From: Chrysemys picta bellii
Taxonomy: Eukaryota
Reading direction: 5' to 3'
NCBI RefSeq assembly: GCF_011386835.1
Contig: NC_088806.1
Location: 22,630,001 to 22,694,000 of the forward strand
Length of the DNA: 64,000 bases
In this document: positions 36,101 through 44,730 of the stretch, piece by piece
Numbering within the stretch: the first letter of the stretch is position 1
Layout: each line of letters opens with the position of its first letter
Notes under the pieces: generated by a model
Database searches by the model: none
What the model saw: the letters and a program-made list of their open reading frames with translations, nothing else
What the model was told of the DNA's origin: nothing
Position numbers and translations under genes: made by a program

Positions 36101-39100
36101 AAGCGAGGCAGCACAACGGAATTTCTGTTGCAGGCAGACATGGTAAGCCGTACACTTGTGGCAGTTTAAAACTTTTATATTACCACTGGCCTCATTTCAC
36201 ATTTAAATCAATGTCAGTCCCTGCTGCCAGCAATCCGGCAAGCGGGAACTCTGCCCCTGTCCCACCCCCTCGCGGCTGTCCCCGGGAATGATCCCTTTCG
36301 GCTGCCCCTCTCCCGCCTCCACCGCGTGGCTGCAAACCAGCGGTGACAGTTCTGTAAAGGAACGGGAAAGCAGTCCCAACACTAACATTCCCCTACCTAA
36401 TTAAAAGCAGGTCACCATGGCCGACATCACCCTGATGAGGATCTCCGAGAGCGACAAAGAGAGAATGCTCCGGGAAAGCCTCCAAAGACCAGGGCCGTAT
36501 GCCGCCCTGCTGTGCAGAGCAATGATCCCCGAGTACCTGATAATCTCGTGGCGCGGCAACGTGTCGTACTTCGGAGGACCCAATAAGGCCGCTCTCCCCA
36601 AGAACCTCATGCAACGGCTTTCAAGTTACCTCCAGGAGAGCTTCATCGAGATGTCCCAGGAGGATTACTGCTCTATCCCCGCACATATAGACCGCATTTT
36701 ACTGTAGCTGCAGTAGCAGGGAATACACAGTAGAGCGGCTTGTGCAGGACAATCACTGAAAACCGGACATTGCTAGATTTCTTTTCAAAACTTGCACTGC
36801 CCCTTACTAAACCGTTAAGCGCCTAGGGCACACTAATCATGAACAACCCATTCTTTTAATTGTTAATATTCCTGTTTTGTTAAAAATAAATGTTTAGATG
36901 TTTACAACACTTACTGGCTGATCCTTCACCAGATTCTGTGTCCGGGGTAATGGCTGGGGACGCTTCGTAGAGGATCTCTGTAAGGGTGATGAAGAGATCC
37001 TGGCTGTCGGGGAAATCAGCGTTGTGAGAGCTGCCAACTGCCTCGCCCTCCTCATCTCCTTCCTCATCTTCCCCGTCCCCTAACATGTCTGAGGAACCGG
37101 CCGTGGACAGTATCCCATCCTCAGAGTCCACGGTCACTGGTGGGGTAGTGGTGGCGGCAGCACCGAGGATGGAATGCAGTGCCTCGTAGAAACGGGATGT
37201 CTGGGGATGGGATCCGGAGCGTCCGTTTGCCTCTTTGGTCTTCTGGTAGCCTTGTCTCAGCTCCTTGATTTTCACGCGGCACTGCGTTGCATCCCGGCTG
37301 TATCCTCTCTCTGCCATGTCTTTAGAGATCTTCTCGTAGATCTTTGCATTCCTTCTTTTGGATCGCAGCTCGGAAAGCACGGACTCATCGCCCCACACAG
37401 CGATGAGATCCAAGACTTCACGATCAGTCCATGCTGGGGCTCTCTTTCTATTCACAGACTGCATGGCCATCACTGCTGGAGAGCTCTGCATCGTTGCCAG
37501 TGCTGCTGTGCTCGCCACGATGTCCAGACAGGAAATGAGATTCAAACTGGCCAGACAGGAAAAGGAATTCAAATTCAAATTTTCCCGGGGCTTTTCCTGT
37601 GTGGCTGGTCAGAGCATCCGAGCTCGCACTGCTGTCCAGAGCGTCAACAGAGTGGTGCACTGTGGGATAGCTCCCGGAGCTATTAGCGTCGATTTCCATC
37701 CACACCTAGCCTAATTCGACATGGCCATGTCGAATTTAGCGCTACTCCCCTCGTCGGGGAGGAGTACAGAAGTCGAATTAAAGAGACCTCTATGTCGAAC
37801 TAAATAGCATCGCAGTGTGGACGGGTGCAGGGTTAATTCGATTTAACGGCGCTAACTTCGACATAAACGCCTAGTGTAGACCAGGCCTAAGAGTCCAAGT
37901 CGATATTGGCGTAGAGAATAAGTACATGGGTAGGGTGCGTCCCTCGGTTCGTCAGGGAAGGAAGTGGGTTATTTCCCTGGTCGGTGTTCTCGGTTACTCA
38001 ACTTGGTGCTGGTGGTGTCCCGTGATGTGTTCCATGTAGATGTCTCTGGACCACCTGATGGTGTCAGACACCATGAGCTGTCTCGTGAGCCGGGCGTAGC
38101 GTCGACCGACTCCGCACGCTCTCAGTACTGGCTCGTTGTGGGGGTCCCATGCGCCCAGGGCTCCCACGACCAGGGCATGTATCTGGACCTCATAGCCCTA
38201 CAGCAGCACGAGGGTCTAATACCTATGTCTAAGAGTCGAATTAGGAAGAATAGATAGAACTACGATCTACCTTAAATATAATAAGGAACAACTGAAAATC
38301 CAATAGGGAACTGACAACTTTGACAGCGTGATAACATAGGGCTAGTCTACACTGGCAACGGTAAAGCGCTGCCGCAGTAGCACTTTAACGTGGCTTGTGT
38401 AGTCACACCGCTCTTCCAGCGCTCTAAAAAAAAAACCCACCTCCATGATGGGTATAGCTACCAGCGCTCGTGCACTGTCTGCAGTGGCGCTTTACAAGTG
38501 CTGAAACTTGCTGTGCTCAGGGGGGTGTTTTTTCACAGAAAGTTGCAGAGCTGTAAAGTGCCAGTGTAGACAAGCCCATAGACTAGGGCCATGGGGAATG
38601 GGTCTTGCCTTTGAAACCCATGGGAAATCAGAGCTCAGGAGTGTTAATTGTTTAAGAGGGGCGTGTCATTGAAAAGTGATTGAACTGCTGTTAAACTAAC
38701 CATTTTCTATCATTTTAAAACAAGCTGACAGTAACTTCTAAAATCTGATTTCCCAGGCGTTCCAGCCCGAGCTGTTTCCCCCCAGCAGGGAGGAAATATT
38801 GATAAAATGCTATTCCCAGCTGAGAGGGGCACCACACTCCCAGTTAACCCTGTAGAGAGAACAGAGCAGTGCTGATCATTTCTAAAGGCTGCTGAAGAAA
38901 TTAATTTCTAATCTGTATCTCTAGTAAATACACAGTTTACTGGACTCTCCCTTTTAAACTGAATTGTGGCTCTTCATGTGCATGCATGTGTGTTGAGCCC
39001 CTCAAGCTGCTGTTTGTGTGGGGGGTCACGGTATAGTCCCATTTCGTGTTGAAGCACTAGGGCATGGGGGTGGATTGACAGTTCAGATACTATGTGTGGG

Positions 39101-42100
39101 ATGCCTAGAAAATCTACCAACTCCTGTGAAAGCCACACGTTTGAAAAGGGAGGTCTCGGCCCTTTTTGTCATTCCTCTTTCTCCCCCTCTTCTAAAACCC
39201 ACGCTTCTCTCTCTGGCTTCCCCTCTGTTCCTCCAGTCTGCAGTTACTTCTTGATATCTCTTGTCTGTGCTGCAACTGCGATCGCTCACGCCAGCCGAAG
39301 GCTCTGTGCATCTGATCCTTGGCTGAAATGGAATGTTAAATTATCAACACTTGTGATAATGGAATGCAGCGCCGTCTTGGGACAGCATGTCAAGCACTGA
39401 GTGCAGTTCCAGAAGCTGTGTGGCGGGCGCAGTAGTAAAATGGCTTCTCTTGTGCAAGTGCATCACGCTTGAGTTGCTCCTTTTTTTTTTCTTGTTTAAA
39501 AAATAAGGGAAACCAAAGTCTCTTCTGATTCCCAAATGCTTCCAATTTATTTGGCAATAAAAGAGCAATGTCTGGTCATTTGCTTCAGTCTCCAGCAGAG
39601 ACAGTTAAATGTGTTTCAGTAGTTTGGTAATCAGGCCTGCTTATTTTAATCGTGGCTTAGATGCAAAGAAATGCCTTGCTTACATGTTGTTGTTTACAAA
39701 TTGCAAATCCTATTTCAGAGTTGGGCTGTCCCCTTGAAATCTAGTCAATGAGTCAAATGCTGTGGCTGCATTTAAGAGGGCTGGATAATTTTATGATCGA
39801 TATTGAGTTACCGAGGTGGTGATTAGTGTACTCACATCTCATGCTTTAGGGCAATAAGCCATAGGGTTCAGGCTGGAAAGTCTCCCCTATGTACAGCAAT
39901 GTACAATTGCTCAGGTGCACTACAAAGGACTTTCACCTTCTTCTAAACCATCAGGTATTGTCCACTACAGGAGGCAGGTTACTGGACTGCATGGACCAGA
40001 TGGTCTCAGCGGCTCCATCAAAGCCCACATTCCTCTCTCCTCCACCCTAACGCCTTCCTCCATGGCTTTTGCACCCAATGATGTAGTCTGGAAGGGTTCT
40101 AATGGATGAGGTGTTCCCCTTTCAGGTACTTCCTCCGAGCGACCGTCAGCCGCAGATTAAATGATGTGGTGAAGGAGATGGACATCGTCGTGCACACACT
40201 CAGCACCTACCCGGAGCTCAATTCCTCTATCAAGATGGAGGTGGGAATCGAGGATTGCCTGCACATCGAGTTTGAGTATAACAAATCCAAGTAAGTGTCC
40301 TGAGAACGGCTGCTGAGTAGAACTTCCTGCGTGAGGGGATGCAGCCTGCTGGGTAGGCCAGGTGGTACTCCTAGGGCATGTCTCCACTGCAAAAAAAAAA
40401 ACACAGCTGGCTCACGGGGCTGTTTCATTGCAGTGCAGACTTCGGGGCGCAGGTTGCAGCTCTGGGACCCTTGCACCTTGCAGGGTCCTAGAGCTCCAGG
40501 CTGCAGCCTGAGCCCAGAAGTCTACAGCAATGAAACAGCCCCTTAGCCCAAGTCAGCTAGCACGGGCAAGTCACGCAAGTCTAATTGTTGTGTAGACGTA
40601 CCCTTAGAGGCTGCTTAACTCGACTAGATATGCAGAGGCAGCTCCTGTTGTAGACTTTAGGTGGGGCCCTGTAATTTATCTTCGCTCTCCCTGTTCCCTA
40701 TTGTGGATGGCAGGCTGTTCATTGAAGTGCTAAGACTGTTCCTGCTTTAGATCTCTCCCCTCTCACCACCACCCTGGAATGTGCTTTATCCAGATGGAGG
40801 CATCTGCACCCACATACTGAGGGGGTGCATAGAATTGGGATGAAGGTGGGTTTATTTTAGTCGGATTGAGCACTCCCATTGTTCTGAGTCCCGGGTGGCC
40901 CAATGGCACAGCTTCTGCTGTTTGCCAGAATGGCGTGATTAAATGTGGGACTATGTGGCTGTTAACTCAGGCACAGAAGTTGGAAATTACCAGTTTAGAC
41001 TACATCTAGTCCATCCTTCCCACCCAGTGCTGGAGCGTCCTCCTGCAGGGTGTTGTTTTAAATTACCTCAGCAATTGCCACTGGGCGACTTGGATCTTGT
41101 TGTTGTGAAGTTCTTATGAATGTCCAGCCTAAGATGTCTCCTCATTTTATCCAGTAATCCCACTCAGACTTGCTGATGCCCAGAGACTTGAGCATGAATG
41201 CATGGTTATCGCTTGGAGCAGCCCAGAACGTATGGCTGGGCTGCCCATGGAATCTGAAGTGGGCCCTGAGGAGAATGGGGAAGTGTCTGACAGGCACATT
41301 CCAGCTTGTCAACTTGTTTCCTGCTCTGATGTGCAGAGACCAAAATTGATCGTGGCTGTCTTGCCTATCCTCCCAAGGTACCACTTAAAAGATGTGATTG
41401 TTGGAAAAATCTACTTCCTGTTGGTGCGGATCAAGATCAAACACATGGAGATAGATATCATCAAGAGAGAGACAACAGGGACCGGCCCCAATGTTTACCA
41501 CGAGAATGATACAATAGCTAAATATGAGATCATGGACGGGGCACCTGTGAGAGGTGAGAAGGAGTGGGGAACCATTTACATTCCTCTCCTAGAATCTCTG
41601 GGGGGACCAGAGCTTGTTTTGCACCATTCATTTTTGCAGGAATGTGGGACCTACTGTGAGTCCCATAAAGTTGTCATCTATCGTCAATTGAGGGCCTGTT
41701 TTCTTGTGTGGTAATAGCTGGCTCGTGCATCCCTCTTCACTGGTGAATCTCATGGCAGCTTACAAACGTGGGGGAAATTGAGGCTCATTGCTGGTGTCTT
41801 TAAGTCTCCTAGCAAGTCAGTGGCACAGTAGTCTCCGCTACTGACCTGGGCCTGGTCTCAGAACATAGCGCTGAAAGGGGGTATCTTACCTCATTGCCAA
41901 TCCCCTGAGAGAGCTGGTCTCTCTGGATGATAGTGTTCAGCAGTGGTGACTTGCAGGTATGTTCTAGAACTCCCATGTCAGTAGCTAGAAGGAATGTCAT
42001 TCCATTCTCTTTCTCCTCCAATGCTGTGGGCAATGAAGGGAACCCTGTGCTATTGAAGTGGAGGAAGGACGCTTGCCACAAAGGGCATGACCCTGCTAAG

Positions 42101-43151
42101 GAGTAAGCATGCTAACTGCTATTCTGTGGGAGCCGAGGGCACTTGGCCCAAACCCCATCCAGCAGTGATAAGGTATGCCAGACTCAGGCACAGAGTTGGA
42201 GGCGTTAGCTTGCTCTGGTGTTACCTTATTGTGCCAGTACTGTCCTTGTAAGATTTGACTCAATATGTTGTGCTTACACTCATGCCTTTTGCAGGGGAGT
42301 CCATTCCAATCAGACTCTTCCTGGCAGGCTATGAGCTGACACCCACTATGAGGGACATCAATAAGAAGTTCTCAGTGCGTTATTACCTCAACCTGGTACT
42401 GATAGATGAAGAAGAAAGGCGCTACTTCAAACAGCAGGTGAGAAAGGGTGTGACTGCACCATGGGGTGGACTGTAGCCAGGCAGTCAAGTGCTTCTTTGG
42501 GTGCTCCATTATAATTAGCAACAGAAGAATGTTGGACAACCTGGCTGGTGATGTGGGGGAAGATGCTCCTCCCTGGGTACCCACTGGAGCCAGATCATTT
42601 GGGGTGTGGATAGAGAATGCACCTGCGTATCTGGGTCTGTTAGGGGATGGTCCTCGGAGAGGGCTTATCCAGCGTAATCCCCCTATCAATTCTCTGCACT
42701 GCATTAACCACGGCAATGTTGCCCAACATACTAGGACAGACCTGACATCTAGTGGTTGCCTCTGGCCCATCCTCTGTGGAGTGCTACCATCTGGCCTTCC
42801 AGAGGTCTGCACTGCCTAGGCCCCTCTCTTGAAGCTGTAATGGTCTTTCCCAGCTGAAGGATGGAGAGTGGAATAGGCCAGCATATGGGGATGGATGCAA
42901 GTTACTGCTCCAGCAGCTTAGGCAGATGTTCAGACCTATGAGTACATCGTGGGTGGGGCCAGCGTAGCTGCTGCATGTCCTAACGGTGTCCTGCTGTCTG
43001 ACAGGAGGTGGTGCTATGGCGGAAAGGAGACATTGTGAGGAAGAGCATGTCCCACCAGGCAGCCATTGCCTCTCAGCGGTTTGAGGGGACGTCCTCCCAT
43101 GCTGAGGCCAGGACCCCCAGCCAGCCTGCAGAAAACAACAGCCGGCAGTGA
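27147..43151 (+). CDS. VPS26B: Vacuolar protein sorting 26B (retromer subunit), 6 coding exons, 336 aa
   Basis: Exons 27147-27369, 32070-32226, 40126-40290, 41378-41553, 42295-42437, 43005-43151 total 1011 nt with stop. Peptide MSFFGFGQS...ELYYDRGNHHEFVSLVKDLARPGE...YHLKDVIVGKIYFLLVRIKIKHME...EVVLWRKGDIVRKSMSHQAAIASQRFEG matches VPS26B. Confidence 0.98.
29360..29560 (-). mobile_element. Ancient MIR/CORE-type SINE remnant
   Basis: Contains ccccattttacagatggggtactgaacacagggaag, the MIR-type core motif; approximate limits. Confidence 0.5.
30045..30295 (-). mobile_element. Ancient MIR/CORE-type SINE remnant
   Basis: cccatattttacagctggggagataaggcaca...gtgacttgcccagggtcatg...ctgaaccagatctcctgagtccc. 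Confidence 0.55.
32512..32944. mobile_element. Non-autonomous hAT element (433 bp)
   Basis: Perfect 8-bp TSD taaccagc at 32504-32511 and 32945-32952. Ends are cagggctggtgc and gcaccggcccta. Confidence 0.85.
33412..34695 (+). CDS. Harbinger DDE transposase (HARBI1/DDE_Tnp_4-like), 427 aa
   Basis: Single uninterrupted ORF. HTH region RVAIALWKLATPDSYRSVANQFGVGKSTV. Catalytic motifs GAIDGTHI, HDARVF, GDPAYPL, VVECAFGRLKGRWR. Confidence 0.95.
   Translation: MEPAATIAAVVAALNVSQLIIKVSLRQMQKSQARRLRHRGDVLKSESSTDLSESRRPSAEDITVAMGHVDAVERRFWARETSTEWWDRIVLQVWDESQWLRNFRMRKGTFLELCELLSPALKRSDTRLRAALSVQKRVAIALWKLATPDSYRSVANQFGVGKSTVGVVVMQVAKAIVDVLLPKVVTLGNVEAIIDGFAAMGFPNCGGAIDGTHIPILAPDHQATQYINRKGYFSMVLQALVDHRGRFTNIYVGWPGKVHDARVFRNSGLFRRLQQGIYFPDHKITVGDVEMPIVILGDPAYPLMPWLMKPYTGALDTEKELFNYRLSKCRMVVECAFGRLKGRWRSLLTRCDLSETNIPIVIAACCVLHNLCESKGETFMAGWEVEENSLAGDYSQPDSRAIRRDQREALCIREALKAKFLSEQGNL
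34811..34816 (+). terminator. Candidate polyA signal of the Harbinger transposase transcript
   Basis: AATAAA 116 nt after the stop codon, followed by T-rich sequence. Confidence 0.55.
35368..35373 (-). terminator. Candidate polyA signal of the Harbinger Myb transcript
   Basis: TTTATT (minus-strand AATAAA) about 72 nt downstream of the Myb stop at 35445. Confidence 0.55.
35445..37491 (-). CDS. Harbinger Myb/SANT-like (trihelix) DNA-binding protein, two exons, 350 aa
   Basis: Exon 1 is 36915-37491 (MQSSPAVMAMQSVNRKRAPAWTDREVLDLIAVWGDE...QCRVKIKELRQGY..., donor GTAAGT). Exon 2 is 35445-35920 (acceptor ttccacAG; RLARIRRRKKRTREDMFSEL... basic patch, then a coiled-coil-like region). 577+476 nt is in frame. 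Confidence 0.88.
36140..36707 (+). CDS. Putative third Harbinger gene: small BEN-domain-like protein (about 96-99 aa) nested antisense in the Myb intron
   Basis: ORF 36417-36707 is extendable to the acceptor at 36410 (branch-like CTAAC at 36382). Upstream exon ends gacATG|GTAAGC at 36142. AATAAA at 36885. The helical pattern PGPYAALLCRAMIPEYL...NKAALPKNLMQRLSSYLQESF...EDYCSIPAHIDRIL resembles BEN domains (by eye). Confidence 0.65.
36885..36890 (+). terminator. Candidate polyA signal of the nested third gene
   Basis: AATAAA 178 nt after the ORF stop, followed by tgtttagatgttt (GU/U-rich); still inside the Myb intron. Confidence 0.55.
38339..38577. mobile_element. Harbinger-type MITE (239 bp)
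   Basis: ATA TSD on both sides. 19-bp TIRs gggctagtctacactggca and tgccagtgtagacaagccc (18/19). Confidence 0.88.
40374..40603. mobile_element. Harbinger-type MITE (230 bp)
   Basis: Flanks cta / tta. Ends gggcatgtctccactg and tgtgtagacgtaccc. Perfect internal 15-bp inverted repeat at 40416-40430 and 40528-40542. Confidence 0.8.
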
Positions 43152-44724
43152 AAGACCCTGTGGAGCGAGGCTGCTGCAGGACCCAAGTGTCCGGGGCCGG
43201 CAGCAGCAACGAGGGGAAAAGAAAATATTTCACCAGAGACTTATGAAAATCAATATCAGTTTTTTGACTTAATTCTGATCTTCGAAGGACCAGTAGGGTT
43301 GGGAAGGGGCAATGGAAGCTACAGCAACCACGGCACAAAGTTGAACGTACCTCGGTGCTCCCCAACCTCCTACATTTCTCTGGGGCAGGCTGCTTTTACA
43401 CATGCAGGGGCCATTGGGCTGCCTGACTTTCCCGTTGCCACGAGACCCCTTCAGCATGGCAGTGGGGAGGCGGGAGGGGGAAGGGGAAATTTGTTGTGCC
43501 TCCTCTGCGGTAGGGGTGTCACTTTGGGCATGTAGGAAGGCATTTTGGCTGCCATCGAGAAGCCCTCATGAGGTGAGTGGGAGGAGGGAGCCTGATGAAG
43601 CATTTTAGCTGGAAGGCGGGAGTGTGTGTGAGTGAAGTTTAAGCTTAAGGTGTAGCCTGCCTGATGTCCCCCCCCCCCAACCCCCACCCCCGTGCTGTTC
43701 CTGGAGTCTCTGCTGCAAACGGTTATATAATTAGTTGAATCAGCCCTGTGAATAACAGAGCCAGGTTGTGCAGCGTAGCAGATGATGCTGCCTTTGTGTC
43801 CCTGCCTTGGGAGCTCATGGATGCAGCGTCTCAGGGGGAGCAGGGGGGATAGTTAACATTTAAAAACGCAGATAGTAGCTGAGAGTGGAATTGACAGGCG
43901 TATGGATACTGGAAAGGGCAGACGAGGTATGGGAGAGCTAGCAGAGCTGCTAGGCAGTGGGAGTCTGGGAGGAAACTGGCCAATGAAAGAGAGCGCACAG
44001 AGCCTTGATAGTCTCGCCTCCGGGAGGTCAGGCTGTAGTTTGTAATCCATGCTGTCTGATAGAGCCACGCTGGTGCAGCTGAGCCCTGGGAAGCTTGTGT
44101 ATGTTGGAGATAGAAGAGTGTGTAATAGAGTGGTGGTACAGATTCCACATGCTGTTGTGGGAAGCAGTTGCAGTCAGGTCTCCTTAGGAGTTGTACAGGG
44201 AAAAGCGTTGTGGGGTGTGAGAGAGCAGCATCAGTGCAGTGGCCTGTGCAGCCTCTGAAGTGCTGCAGTAAATGATGGACTGTTTCCCTTCTGGCTTTCT
44301 CCTTGTTTCCAATTTATCTGGATGAAACTCTGCTTCATCTGTCTCTAGGATTCACCCCAGTGGTGCTGTGGTTAAACCTCATGGGGACTTCCCTGATTGG
44401 CTGAAAATTATCTGAAAGAGTAGTAGGGTGGGACAGAAGGGGACACGGGGGTGTTCTTTAAATGCACCTGTATGCAAAAGGCTTGAAGGATACCCCCATA
44501 GCACCTGGGATGGGCTATTACTATTCCTAGCAAATGGGACTCCTTTGTTTAAGGAGTTACTGGTCTGTAGGTGCTGCTAAGTGAAGTGAAGCAAGATGGC
44601 AGGCAACACTTTTTGCTTCCATAGACAGCTCTTGATCAGTTGGGCCTGATGAGAACAGTAGTGGTGGTGGCTTTGGGCATGAAGCTATCTGAGGACCTGA
44701 GTATGGGATGTCTTTCACTCTTAA

Positions 44725-44730
44725 AATAAA
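44725..44730 (+). terminator. Candidate VPS26B polyA signal
   Basis: First AATAAA I noticed downstream of the VPS26B stop (about 1.6 kb); the true 3' end cannot be determined from sequence. Confidence 0.3.

Larger units (their letters stand above)
33034..37887 (+). mobile_element. Full-length PIF/Harbinger DNA transposon (4,854 bp), apparently intact
   Basis: TAA TSD at 33031-33033 and 37888-37890. 16-bp TIRs ggccttgtctacacta and tagtgtagaccaggcc (15/16). Intact transposase and Myb ORFs in convergent orientation. Confidence 0.95.
32362..38200 (-). mobile_element. 3' fragment of an RLE-clade non-LTR retrotransposon (Utopia/NeSL-like), split by two later DNA-transposon insertions
   Basis: Minus strand 37994-38197 translates GYEVQIHALVVGALGAWDPHNEPVLRACGVGRRYARLTRQLMVSDTIRWSRDIYMEHITGHHQHQVE*, the C-terminus I associate with Utopia-like elements. 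The putative 3' UTR continues through 37891-37993, 32953-33030 and 32362-32511 and ends attaaaatttttaaa|TCTGTT. Confidence 0.7.

Noticed and set aside
36880-37578. Calling the Myb ORF a host ZSCAN29/MSANTD gene
   Set aside because: No SCAN or zinc-finger domains; it is the element-internal Myb/SANT gene.
37964-38257. 97-aa + strand ORF next to the Harbinger
   Set aside because: It is the antisense of the Utopia-like coding fragment.
41202-41714. 170-aa ORF as a novel VPS26B isoform
   Set aside because: It is exon 4 plus chance open intron flanks; the AAG|G acceptor at 41377 restores the conserved frame and exon size.
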